A stretch of DNA of 39,833 bases from an uncultured Methanosarcinales archaeon (GTDB lineage Archaea; Nanobdellota; Nanobdellia; Woesearchaeales; CAZPJY01). Positions 9,545-18,422 of the stretch are shown one piece after another (position 1 is the first letter of the stretch; every line of letters begins with the position of its first letter). The position numbers were made by a program, and so were the translations under genes. The notes beneath the pieces were generated by a model. The model did no database searches and had not been told where the DNA came from. It worked only from the letters and a program-made list of their open reading frames with translations. The stretch lies in contig CAZPJY010000018.1 in assembly GCA_964587045.1 (NCBI GenBank), positions 1-39,833 of the forward strand. Reading direction: 5' to 3'.

Positions 9545-10294
9545 ATGACCATAGACGATTTGCTGAAAAAAGGCAAGGCCAAGCTGGATGAGGGCTTGGA
9601 AAAGGCCAGAGCATACCTAAGCGAGCTCGAGAAGAAGTCCGACGAGGGCAAGCTCGACGAAGAGCTCATTGAGAAGGGAACTCAGGCGATGATCGGCCTC
9701 GGCGAGCTGACCAAGAAGGCCCTGGCAAGCGCTGCGAAAGCAGGAGTCAAGACCGGCGCCGAGATAGCCGCATACGGAGTCGCAGGCACCGCAGAGCGCA
9801 AGAGCAGGAAGGCACGCGCCGTCATCAGGGAAGGTGTGGAAATCAGCAAGGAAAAGTACGCGGCAATCAAGGATGACTTCCTCGCGCACTCAGCAGACGA
9901 GGACGGGAAAGTGGACGCAGAGAGGGCCGGAAGCTACCTTGGGGGCATGACTGCCAAGGGGGTTGAGAGCTTCGTCAAGTTCGTGGTCGACTACTCTGCG
10001 ACCTTCAAGCGCGACCCGGCGAAACCCGCGACCCTTGAGGACCGCGAGATGGGCAGGTACGGTAGGGTAGGCTCAGCCCTCGAGGAGCATGTCGAAAAGC
10101 TCTCGTGGCTCGACGTCCAGCGCTGCAAGAACCTCATGAGGAAGATAGAATACGGGGTCAAGGACGATGAAGTCCGCGACCAGGTGATAAGGACCGTGTG
10201 CGAGCTTGCGATAAGGGACAAGGAGACCCTGAAAGGCTTCTACGAGAAATCAGGCAACCCGTTCGCGGTGAGCTGGGTGGAAAAGAACATCTAG
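9545..10294 (+). CDS. Hypothetical helical protein
   Basis: Likely start MTIDDLLKK at 9545 after GGGTGA. Lys/Glu/Ala-rich. Confidence 0.65.
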   Translation: MTIDDLLKKGKAKLDEGLEKARAYLSELEKKSDEGKLDEELIEKGTQAMIGLGELTKKALASAAKAGVKTGAEIAAYGVAGTAERKSRKARAVIREGVEISKEKYAAIKDDFLAHSADEDGKVDAERAGSYLGGMTAKGVESFVKFVVDYSATFKRDPAKPATLEDREMGRYGRVGSALEEHVEKLSWLDVQRCKNLMRKIEYGVKDDEVRDQVIRTVCELAIRDKETLKGFYEKSGNPFAVSWVEKNI

Positions 10295-10656
10295 AACTCG
10301 TCGGCCTCTTTGAGCAGCTGCTCGGTGGTCTTCTCGGCCTCGTCAGCCTTTACCACCTTGTCGTCCTGCCCGCAGTAGGGGCAGCGCAGCACTACCTGAG
10401 AATCCTCCTTGTGCCAGAACTTGAACTTGCATCGCTGGCACAGGTACCGCGTGGAGTTCGACTTGTCTTTCGGCTCCTCCTTTGGCTCCGGCTTGGACTT
10501 CTCCCCTGTGAAGAGCGCGGAGTTCTCCTTTGCGTAGCACTGCGGGCAGATCATGTCCGTGCCGTTCTTGGAGTAGCGCAGGTCCTTGACCTTCACCTTG
10601 GCCTTGCAGCGAATGCATGTGACGTCAGTCTCGAAGCTTCCCATGCCCACTACCAT
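10291..10656 (-). CDS. Double zinc-ribbon protein
   Basis: Four CxxC pairs: CIRC, CPQC, CQRC and CPYC. Confidence 0.75.
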   Translation of the reverse strand: MVVGMGSFETDVTCIRCKAKVKVKDLRYSKNGTDMICPQCYAKENSALFTGEKSKPEPKEEPKDKSNSTRYLCQRCKFKFWHKEDSQVVLRCPYCGQDDKVVKADEAEKTTEQLLKEADEF

Positions 10657-10677
10657 ACGGGCACTGATATATTAAGT

Positions 10678-11205
10678 TTACCCCTTGAGCAGCAGGTGCT
10701 TGTTGCTCTGGTAGAAGTCCTCGATGGAGTGCGGTTTCCACCAGCCTTCAAGCAGCGGCCTTTCGATGTGTTCAGGCATGTGGAAGGGCACGTTGCCGGG
10801 GCTCAGGTGTCCACCCTCAGAATTCTTGCTCCTTATCTCAACCAGGTGATCGCCCGAGAAGGTCTTCCCAAGCCTGATGACAGAACGTCTTATGGCTATG
10901 TCCTGCAGGTGAGTGGAATCGTTTTCCTGTATCGTGTAGTCAAGTCCGGATGCCACGTTGCTGACGTTGTTGTCGTAGACGTCCGATGCTCGGTTTATTA
11001 GGTCGTCCAGCACGCCAGGGTCGGATTTGAAGAACTCATAGTAGGCGTCTTCGTAGATGGCACATGCGACCAGCCAATCAATTGGCTTACCTGCCCAGAT
11101 GTGGGCCAGCTTCCAGTTGCCTGCGCCGTATGTCCTGTCGAACTCCTCATGCTTGGAGTCCCGCTTTTTTCCGAAGTATCCGGGCCTGGGACCAACTTTC
11201 CACAT
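10678..11205 (-). CDS. Hypothetical protein
   Basis: 175 aa ORF starting 6 bp downstream of the eIF2-gamma gene. Aromatic/acidic motifs YEDAY, HLQDIAIRR, SPGNVPFH and EDFYQSNK. Confidence 0.7.
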   Translation of the reverse strand: MWKVGPRPGYFGKKRDSKHEEFDRTYGAGNWKLAHIWAGKPIDWLVACAIYEDAYYEFFKSDPGVLDDLINRASDVYDNNVSNVASGLDYTIQENDSTHLQDIAIRRSVIRLGKTFSGDHLVEIRSKNSEGGHLSPGNVPFHMPEHIERPLLEGWWKPHSIEDFYQSNKHLLLKG

Positions 11206-11211
11206 GGGACA

Positions 11212-12438
11212 TCACTTGATGATTCCAAAGCCGATCAGCCTGAACCTCGTGCCCACCCTCCTTGAGATGGTGACGCGCGCCCCCTTCTCCGCGCACACCG
11301 GCAATTTTAGGTTGCAGTGGAACGCGTCCTTTTCCAGGTTGTCGACTATGCCCACAGTTGACGCTGAGTTGACGTTGAGCATCAGCGGCTCCCCGAGCTT
11401 GATGGGCTCGACGTCCGTGTCCTCCACAGCTCCGACGACCCGCTCCAGCAGCTCGGCCTTGAGCTTGAAGTCCGACCATACAGGGGGCAGGGTTTCGACA
11501 TGTCCCACGACGTTGCCGGTCAGCTGGTCGCTCTTCACGATGGAAGGGTCCAGCTGGGTGAGCACGCCTATGCTCCCGCCCGGCCCTGCTTGGGTGAGCG
11601 GGTTCCCGCCAGAGATGATGCTTACTATCTTGGTCTGGATGGGCTTGTGGGCCAGCTGGTTGGCCTCCTGGTAAACCCTGCCGGGCCGCAGCTCAATCTC
11701 GTCTCCCTTCTTGAGCTTGCCTGCGATGAGGGCCCCGCCCAGGACACCTCCTTTGAGCTCCTTGATCTTGGTGCCTGGCTTGTTGATGTCGAAGGACCTT
11801 GCGACGAGCATGATAGGGTTTGCCTTCGAGTCCCTCTTGGGAGTGGGTATGTATTTTTGTATGGCGTCGATGAGCAGGTCGATGTTCACTCCCTGCTGGG
11901 CGGATATCGGGATTATGGGCGCGTCGGCGAACTCAGTCCCCTTGAGGAACTCCTTGATCTGGTCGAAGTTCTTGACGGCCTCCTCCTTGGTGACCAGATC
12001 GATCTTGTTCTGCACGACGATGACGTTCTTGATGCCGGCTATGCCCAGCGCCATGAGGTGCTCGCGTGTCTGGGGCTGCGGGCATTTCTCGTTCGCCGCT
12101 ATGAGAAGCAAGGCCCCGTCCATTATGGTTGAGCCTGAGAGCATCGTGGCCATCAGGCTCTCGTGGCCGGGGGCGTCGACGAAGCTGACGGTCCTGACCT
12201 CTTCTGTGTCTCCCATGCAGATCATGCACTTCTTGTGCGTGGTCCACTTCTCAGGAGCCTTGCACTTCTTGCACGCCCTGATGGTCGCGTCCGCGTAGCC
12301 CAGCCTTATGGTGATACCCCGCTTGAGCTCTTCAGAATGTGTGTCTGTCCACTTGCCTGAAAGCCTCTCTGTAAGGGTGGTCTTCCCGTGGTCGACGTGA
12401 CCGACGAGTCCTATGTTCACCTCGGGCTGCTTGCTCAT
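11212..12438 (-). CDS. eif2g: Translation initiation factor 2 gamma subunit (aIF2-gamma)
   Basis: QPEVNIGLVGHVDHGKTT, RGITIRLGYA, Zn-knuckle CKKC/CMIC, DAPGHE, PQPQTREH, NKID and RSFDINKPG. Confidence 0.97.
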   Translation of the reverse strand: MSKQPEVNIGLVGHVDHGKTTLTERLSGKWTDTHSEELKRGITIRLGYADATIRACKKCKAPEKWTTHKKCMICMGDTEEVRTVSFVDAPGHESLMATMLSGSTIMDGALLLIAANEKCPQPQTREHLMALGIAGIKNVIVVQNKIDLVTKEEAVKNFDQIKEFLKGTEFADAPIIPISAQQGVNIDLLIDAIQKYIPTPKRDSKANPIMLVARSFDINKPGTKIKELKGGVLGGALIAGKLKKGDEIELRPGRVYQEANQLAHKPIQTKIVSIISGGNPLTQAGPGGSIGVLTQLDPSIVKSDQLTGNVVGHVETLPPVWSDFKLKAELLERVVGAVEDTDVEPIKLGEPLMLNVNSASTVGIVDNLEKDAFHCNLKLPVCAEKGARVTISRRVGTRFRLIGFGIIK

Positions 12439-12860
12439 TTAGACTTCTCCTCAGCAGGTTTCTCTTCTGTGGGTTTTGCCTTGTCCCCGGCGGGCTCTCC
12501 CAGCTGCGCCTTTCCGTGCTTGGTGATCGCCAGGTTGATCTGCGCGATCTTGGCGTGCACTGTGTTGCCGGCCATCGTCTTCCTCTTCCTGATGCCTGCG
12601 TCCTGGATCTTCAGGCCTGCGGTCTTAACGGACAGTATGCGCTTGCGTCCGGTTCCAGTTACGTCCCTTCGCATCGGGAAGCCTGACTTGTCGCTCCCCC
12701 CGGTTATCTTGAACTCGTAGCCGGTGAGGTCTATTGCTTCGCCCTTGACTGTGTCACCTATGCTTTTGCCAAGGAACGGCTTGGCCGCATCGTCCTTCAC
12801 TTCCTTTTGGAAGCTCTTGCCGGTTTTTGGGTCTGATAGCACGAGCTTGAATTCTGCCAT
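12435..12860 (-). CDS. rps6e: 30S ribosomal protein eS6 (S6e)
   Basis: MAEFKLVLSDPKTGKS, ITGGSDKSGFPMR and RKRKT..GN...IAQINL. ATG at 12860 after GGAGGT. ATGA overlap with eif2g, the usual archaeal pairing. Confidence 0.95.
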   Translation of the reverse strand: MAEFKLVLSDPKTGKSFQKEVKDDAAKPFLGKSIGDTVKGEAIDLTGYEFKITGGSDKSGFPMRRDVTGTGRKRILSVKTAGLKIQDAGIRKRKTMAGNTVHAKIAQINLAITKHGKAQLGEPAGDKAKPTEEKPAEEKSK

Positions 12861-12966
12861 ATTGATACCTCCGATACACCTACGGAGAACTTCAGCCCCA
12901 TTTAAAAACTTTGTGCCTGCGGCTCGCATCAAAAAATATTTAAGTTTGCGCACCCACAGGCCGTTC

Positions 12967-13296
12967 ATGAGCGAATTCCACAAAGCATTGAGCAAAGCCC
13001 TTGACAAGGAATCCGATCCGATGGAGCGCGTCAAGGTGTTGACAGAACACTTGACTGACCTGAACAGGGAGTTCAAGATAACCAGCGATCTGCACGAAAG
13101 GCTCGGGGAATACTACCGTATCCTGACGCACGCAAAGGACAGCATGTATGTCATGAGGGACGTTAGGGAAGTGAGCCAGATCGAGCATAGGGAAAAGGTG
13201 ATTAAGGAAGCGGTAATGCGCGCCCATGACCTGGTCCCTGAGATTGAGCGGCTTATCAGGAAGGACATAAGCGCAGACCACCGTCTCCTGAAGTAA
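12967..13296 (+). CDS. Hypothetical helical protein
   Basis: MSEFHKALSK... downstream of a TATA-like TATTTAAG. The longer ORF call overlaps rps6e. Confidence 0.6.
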   Translation: MSEFHKALSKALDKESDPMERVKVLTEHLTDLNREFKITSDLHERLGEYYRILTHAKDSMYVMRDVREVSQIEHREKVIKEAVMRAHDLVPEIERLIRKDISADHRLLK

Positions 13297-13330
13297 AACT
13301 ATATATAGTCAGTGAGGTTCTCGCAAGGTC

Positions 13331-14269
13331 ATGAACTTCCAGGACCTGTCAAAGATAGAGAGCGCGAAGGGCTACCTGGACATGGCCTTCGTCGCCGGGA
13401 GGAAGAAGGCGTCGGAGATGCGGGCTGCCAAGCTGCAGGGCTCTCGGCTGACCAAGTCGCGGAGGATCGAGACGGACCGGGTCAAGGTCATGGGCAAGGT
13501 CGCCTCGAGCAACCTGGCCGGCATCGTCGAGCGCTTCCCGAGGCTTGACGACCTGCCCCAGTTCTACAACCAGCTCGTACGGCTCACCCTGGAGTACGAC
13601 AAGGTCAAGGTGGCGCTGTCCCACGTGAGGTGGACGTCTGACAAGATCAAGGAGCTCGCGCACCTCACCGAGAGGAGGATCGTCAGCTGCGTCGAGGTCG
13701 CCCGCGTTAACAAGTTCCGGCGGGAGTTCTCGGGCCGGCTGTCATCCCTGCTCGGCGGAATCAAGAAGGACCTGGAGGTGTTAGAGGAGGCGCGTAAGGT
13801 CATGAAGCGGTACCCCACCATAAAGACCGGGCTCAAGACCGTGGCGATAGCGGGCTTCCCAAACGTGGGCAAGACAACACTGCTCTCCAAGCTCACTGGC
13901 TCGACGCCCGACATCAAGCCCTACGCCTTCACCACCAAGGGGCTGAACGTGGGCTACAGGAAGGAGGGCCACCACCGCGTCCAGTACGTCGACACTCCCG
14001 GGACCCTGAACCGGTTCGACAGGATGAACGCGATCGAAAAGATAGCCCACCTCGCTATCAAGCTGGTGGCTGAGAAGGTGATCTACGTCTTCGACCCGAC
14101 CGAGCCCTACCCGCTCGACCAGCAGCTCAAGCTTTACAAGAAAACGTTAGAGCTTGGCAAGCCGGTGGCCTGCTACGTCTCGAAGTCAGACGTCGTCAGC
14201 AGGGGAGCGCTCGACCTCTTTGTAAAGAAGCTTCCGAAAGGGTCGACTTGCGATGCTGAAGAATTATGA
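13331..14269 (+). CDS. NOG1-family GTP-binding protein
   Basis: N-terminal helical domain with FPRLDDLPQFY; G1 GFPNVGKT, YAFTTKGL, G3 DTPG and G4-like SKSD. Confidence 0.9.
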   Translation: MNFQDLSKIESAKGYLDMAFVAGRKKASEMRAAKLQGSRLTKSRRIETDRVKVMGKVASSNLAGIVERFPRLDDLPQFYNQLVRLTLEYDKVKVALSHVRWTSDKIKELAHLTERRIVSCVEVARVNKFRREFSGRLSSLLGGIKKDLEVLEEARKVMKRYPTIKTGLKTVAIAGFPNVGKTTLLSKLTGSTPDIKPYAFTTKGLNVGYRKEGHHRVQYVDTPGTLNRFDRMNAIEKIAHLAIKLVAEKVIYVFDPTEPYPLDQQLKLYKKTLELGKPVACYVSKSDVVSRGALDLFVKKLPKGSTCDAEEL

Positions 14270-14788
14270 GGCTTTCTGGACCTCGATCGAGCATCCGCAG
14301 GGGAACTTGTGCGATGCGCGCTCGAGAGCTGTCTTGGCGATTTTTAGGTGCTGCTTGTCCACGCGGATCTGCGCGATGATCTGGTTCTTCTTGACCTGCG
14401 CTGCGATTCCTATCGGCTTGCCGAATGACATCTTCATGCCTGTGCTCATTCGGTCCGCGCCCGCGCCTGACGCCAGCGGGTTTTCCCGCAGCACGTGGTG
14501 GGGGTATATCCTGAGCTTGTAGTGGTATCCGACCTTGCCAAGGTTCTTTTCCAGCAGCCTGTTGCTGCTCTGCCTCGCCGCCTCGATCGCGTTGTGCCTA
14601 AGCTGCACAGCGGCGAGCGCCCTGAGCACTACTGTCGTGTCGAAGTCCTTCTTCGGGTCGCCCATGTCGTACCTGACCACCTTGGAGTTGGGAGTGGCCC
14701 TGATGAAGGACTTCTTCTTGAACTTGCTCTTGCGCGTGTAAGGCCTCTCGATTCTCCTGTATGAGACGCCTTTTCTCAATCTTGCCAT
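14264..14788 (-). CDS. rpl10e: 50S ribosomal protein uL16 (L10e)
   Basis: RPYTR, QLRHNAIEAAR and YPHHVLREN...GAGADRMSTGMKMSFGKPIG. Confidence 0.96.
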   Translation of the reverse strand: MARLRKGVSYRRIERPYTRKSKFKKKSFIRATPNSKVVRYDMGDPKKDFDTTVVLRALAAVQLRHNAIEAARQSSNRLLEKNLGKVGYHYKLRIYPHHVLRENPLASGAGADRMSTGMKMSFGKPIGIAAQVKKNQIIAQIRVDKQHLKIAKTALERASHKFPCGCSIEVQKAS

Positions 14789-14968
14789 GGACGCGTGGAA
14801 ATAATACGCGGTTTAAAAAGATTGTGGTTTATCTTGTGACAGTGTCCGGAAATTGTTTTTCTGTTGTTCTCGAGTTGTCGAGCCTGATTTTTAGAAAAGT
14901 TTATAAAGTAGGAGAGTCATGTGAATAGGTAACTTAAGGTTATTAATCGTATAAAAGAGGTGAATTGC

Positions 14969-15496
14969 ATGGGGAAGAGAGGTAGTCTAAGTCTTTCTAT
15001 TAACGCGATAGTCGTGCTAATCCTCGCCATCACCATGCTGGGTCTCGGTCTGGGCTTCATGAGGAGCTCGTTTGGTGGTGTCACCGAGCAGTTCGGCCAG
15101 GTTACCGACGAGATGAAACAGCAGATGATTGAGCGGATGAAGGACAATGTCGATGACGCAATGCTGAACGCGTATGAGATCAACATGAAGCCGAGCGATG
15201 AACGCTTTTTGTACTTGGCTATCAAGAACACTGATGACACTACTGGGGGAGTCAACTTCCAACTTGTGCCGACAGGAACTGACCCTGTTGTTGACACTTC
15301 AGGTAATGGGGTCACGACCATCACTATTGAATTCTTCCAAGACATGCTTGTCGGACCATCAAGCATCGATGTGTTCCCATTGAAGGTCACGACTACCGGC
15401 GCAGCGAGCGGAACGTACAAAGCATCATACACATTGCAGGACGACAGCGGTTCCGACATTAAGCAGCTGCAGTTCTATATCATCGTGTCAGCATGA
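14969..15496 (+). CDS. Class III signal peptide (pilin-like) protein
   Basis: MGKRG/SLSLSINAIVVLILAITMLGLGLGF followed by an amphipathic helix and a beta-rich domain. GAGGTGA RBS before ATG 14969. Confidence 0.8.
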   Translation: MGKRGSLSLSINAIVVLILAITMLGLGLGFMRSSFGGVTEQFGQVTDEMKQQMIERMKDNVDDAMLNAYEINMKPSDERFLYLAIKNTDDTTGGVNFQLVPTGTDPVVDTSGNGVTTITIEFFQDMLVGPSSIDVFPLKVTTTGAASGTYKASYTLQDDSGSDIKQLQFYIIVSA

Positions 15497-15506
15497 GGTG
15501 GTTGAA

Positions 15507-15728
15507 ATGAAGAAAAGACTAACCCAAACCGAAGAATTCGAGGTTATGAAACTCGTGCTCGACAAGTTCCTGTGGCTGGGTTTCGGCATCATGGCGTACG
15601 GCCTGTGGGCGATGGTTTCCGGAGCCATGCAGAGCCTGCTCAGGGGACTGGCGGTGATGATCGCTGGCGCAATCGTGCTGGTGCTTTTCATGATGCTGAT
15701 CCTCAAGGAGTACGAGGTCATAAAATAG
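15507..15728 (+). CDS. Small two-TM membrane protein
   Basis: MKKRLTQTEEFEVMKLVLDKFLWLGFGIMAYG... with two hydrophobic helices. GAGGTG RBS. Confidence 0.75.
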   Translation: MKKRLTQTEEFEVMKLVLDKFLWLGFGIMAYGLWAMVSGAMQSLLRGLAVMIAGAIVLVLFMMLILKEYEVIK

Positions 15729-15766
15729 AAACATTTTTATTCTCTTCTTCTTCTGATTTATCCACG

Positions 15767-17206
15767 ATGAGACGCTATGTTGCAGTCTTTGGATTGTTGC
15801 TGATTCTCCTACTCCTCGTCGCTTCCGGATGCTCCAAAAAGAACATCGAGTGCGAGACCAAGGCAGACTGTTCCCAAGGCGCTTGCTACACTGCGCGGTG
15901 CATAGACAACAAATGCATCAAGGCGTGGGACGACGACTGCTGCGGAAACAACAAGTGCGAGGAGAGCGAGAGCATGTGCTCATGCAGCGCAGACTGCGGC
16001 AGGTGCGAGGCCCCGCCCGGGACCGAGTTCACGTACCTAAGCTACCAGTGCATCGATGACGAATGCCTCATCGACACCAAACAGAGCTCTGAAAAGACCA
16101 TAACAGAGACCAAGGACTTCGGCAGGTTCAATGCCATCTTCACCCTGAACTACAGGGAGCCGCTCAACGTCAGGACCACCCCTATCACCGCGACGTTCGA
16201 GCTGCTCAGCGTGGACGCCAACGTCGAAAAGCCGACCATATCCAAGATCCAGATCATCGGGACTATTGACAGAAAGGAGATCGTGTTCGCAGAAAAAGAC
16301 GTGAACCGCCCGATGTGGAACGTCGGCGACAAGGTGAGCGTCGATATACCAATAACCTACGACTTCTCAGAGACCCCTGAGCTCGAGATCGACCTTGCGT
16401 TCAAGGTCTTCTACGAGGACACCTTCATCAGGGACGAGCCGCTGGTCGAGCAGAACGAATACCTAAAAAAGGTGCGCTCACAGTTCATCCTGGTCGACCC
16501 TGGGAGGGACTACGAGTGCGAGCCGGACCAGTGCGACGACGGCAACCCGTGCTCTACCGACTTCTGCATCGAGGGCACGATGATTTGCGACCATACCTAC
16601 TCGAACGGCTGCTGCGGCAACTACCAGTGTGAGACCGGCGAGAGCAAGTGCAACTGCCCGTCGGACTGCGGGACGTGCGGTGCTGAAGTCACAGACTTCC
16701 TGGCCTACGGGTGCTACAAGAACAACTGCGTTGTTATGGAAAAGGAGGGGGTGGTGGAGAGCCAGACCATCTCCAACACCAAATCTTTCGGGCAGTTCAT
16801 CCTCATACTGAAATCATACATTGAGCAGCCGTTCAACATCAACAAGGCCAACTTCACCCAGCAGATAATCATGGAGAGCATCGAAGCGGACAACCTGGTC
16901 CCCCCGGTGATCATCACCAGGCTCTCCTTACTTTCTGGGGACAAGGAGATCGGAGAGATCTCGCCCAACGAGCCCCTTTATTTCATCAGCGACACCATGA
17001 GCGTCGACATACCCATAACCCTGAGCATTGTGACTTACCAAGAGGAGCTGGCAACGACGCTTCGCGTGTACTACCAGTACGTGCTCAGCGAGAGGACGAA
17101 CGAAAAGGACATCAACGGCGACTACATCTATGAGGACGTCACTTACAGGGACTTCAAGGACGTCCCGTTCAAGGAGAAGGTGTCATTCATCAAACCGGTT
17201 GCGTGA
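15767..17206 (+). CDS. Cys-rich putative lipoprotein with internal duplication
   Basis: MRRYVAVFGLLLILLLLVASG/C lipobox. Two Cys-rich modules (CCGN..CE..ES.C.C..DCG.C), each followed by a similar beta-rich domain. Confidence 0.8.
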   Translation: MRRYVAVFGLLLILLLLVASGCSKKNIECETKADCSQGACYTARCIDNKCIKAWDDDCCGNNKCEESESMCSCSADCGRCEAPPGTEFTYLSYQCIDDECLIDTKQSSEKTITETKDFGRFNAIFTLNYREPLNVRTTPITATFELLSVDANVEKPTISKIQIIGTIDRKEIVFAEKDVNRPMWNVGDKVSVDIPITYDFSETPELEIDLAFKVFYEDTFIRDEPLVEQNEYLKKVRSQFILVDPGRDYECEPDQCDDGNPCSTDFCIEGTMICDHTYSNGCCGNYQCETGESKCNCPSDCGTCGAEVTDFLAYGCYKNNCVVMEKEGVVESQTISNTKSFGQFILILKSYIEQPFNINKANFTQQIIMESIEADNLVPPVIITRLSLLSGDKEIGEISPNEPLYFISDTMSVDIPITLSIVTYQEELATTLRVYYQYVLSERTNEKDINGDYIYEDVTYRDFKDVPFKEKVSFIKPVA

Positions 17207-17208
17207 AC

Positions 17209-17772
17209 ATGAACAAGAAGGCCATCCAGCTCAGCGTGAACTTCGTAGTGGTGCTCATAATAGCGGTAGTGGTGTTCGGCATGGGACTCACTTTCGCGTA
17301 CAACCTTCTGGGCCAGGCCAACACCATGAAGCAGGACCTCGACAGGGAGACCCAGCTACAGATAGAGGCGCTGCTGGACGAGGGGCTGCCTGTCGCCATC
17401 CCTCTCAACAGGAAGACGGTCCGGTTGGGAAAGACCGGCATAATTGGCCTCGGCATCAACAACCGCCTGGGCCATGAGGAGGACTTCACCATAACCATCG
17501 AAGCATCTGCGGCATTCGACGACGAAAAGCAGGACATAACACCCCTGCCGCAGGACAACTGGTGGGTGACCCACACCCAGGAGGTCTTCGTGGAGAACAA
17601 CAAGTACCAAAAGATCCCTCTCGCGTTCATAACCCAAAAGACATTGATACCCTCGGGGCCCTCAACCAAGTTCGGACTCTACATCTTCGACGTGAGAGTC
17701 ACGTACAACGACCCAGTAGAAGGAACGACGACATACGGAAACGTCCAGAAGGTCTACTTGGAGGTCATATGA
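17209..17772 (+). CDS. Class III signal peptide (pilin-like) protein
   Basis: MNKKA/IQLSVNFVVVLIIAVVVFGMGL; same architecture as 14969..15496. Confidence 0.8.
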   Translation: MNKKAIQLSVNFVVVLIIAVVVFGMGLTFAYNLLGQANTMKQDLDRETQLQIEALLDEGLPVAIPLNRKTVRLGKTGIIGLGINNRLGHEEDFTITIEASAAFDDEKQDITPLPQDNWWVTHTQEVFVENNKYQKIPLAFITQKTLIPSGPSTKFGLYIFDVRVTYNDPVEGTTTYGNVQKVYLEVI

Positions 17773-18422
17773 AGCCCGTTCACCATCTCCCGGAGCGCAG
17801 CCTCCGGATCCTTGACCTCTGTTACGCCTGAGGCCAGAAGCACTCCCTTGGCGCCCAGCTCCAAGGCCTTTCTTATGTCAACGGAATTCTTCACCCCCGC
17901 GCCGCACAGCACTGGGATGTCTGCTACCTTGTGGACCGCGGCCACAGCCCCCCTGACTATGTCGGGCTGCGCGGTCGAGACTGAGATGTCTCCGCCGATT
18001 AGCTCTGGAGGCTCAATTGCGATGTGGTCTGCCTCGAGGGACGCGACGGCCTGGCTCACCTGCACGTTGTTGGAGCAGACTATGGTCTTGAGGCCTGCCT
18101 GCTTTGCCATGTCTATCGCAAGCTCCAGGAAGTCCAGGCGCATGGGCCTCTCGGAATGGTTGAGCAGCGTGCCGTAAGCGCCTGCCTCCGCTACGCAGGT
18201 CGCGGTTATCCTGCCTGTGTTCTTGCCCATGCCGATGCTGTCGATGTGCTGCGCGTACACAGGTATCTCGACGGCCTGGGCAATCCTGAAGATGTCAGGC
18301 GTCTGAACCGCGACGGCTATCGGCGCCCCGGTGTCCTTTGCTACGCGCTCATGCATCTTGGCCAGCGCGAGGCCCTTTTCCCCAATCGTGGATGCGTACG
18401 TCTTAAAGTTGACCACTATCAT
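17754..18422 (-). CDS. tpiA: Triosephosphate isomerase, archaeal type
   Basis: VNFKTY, YAQHID, LLNHSE, IEPPELIGG, LCGAGV and GVLLASGV; 222 aa, the short archaeal form. Confidence 0.95.
   Translation of the reverse strand: MIVVNFKTYASTIGEKGLALAKMHERVAKDTGAPIAVAVQTPDIFRIAQAVEIPVYAQHIDSIGMGKNTGRITATCVAEAGAYGTLLNHSERPMRLDFLELAIDMAKQAGLKTIVCSNNVQVSQAVASLEADHIAIEPPELIGGDISVSTAQPDIVRGAVAAVHKVADIPVLCGAGVKNSVDIRKALELGAKGVLLASGVTEVKDPEAALREMVNGLHMTSK

Noticed and set aside
10198..11001. Long antisense or alternate-frame ORFs (also 11500..12132, 29346..30152, 34726..35484 and 37140..37823)
   Set aside because: They are shadows of well-supported genes in GC-rich coding DNA and have no motifs.
13298..13309. 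ACTATATATAGT as another copy of the island palindrome
   Set aside because: The spacer is 2 bp longer, and its position about 25 bp before the GTPase start fits a plain TATA box.
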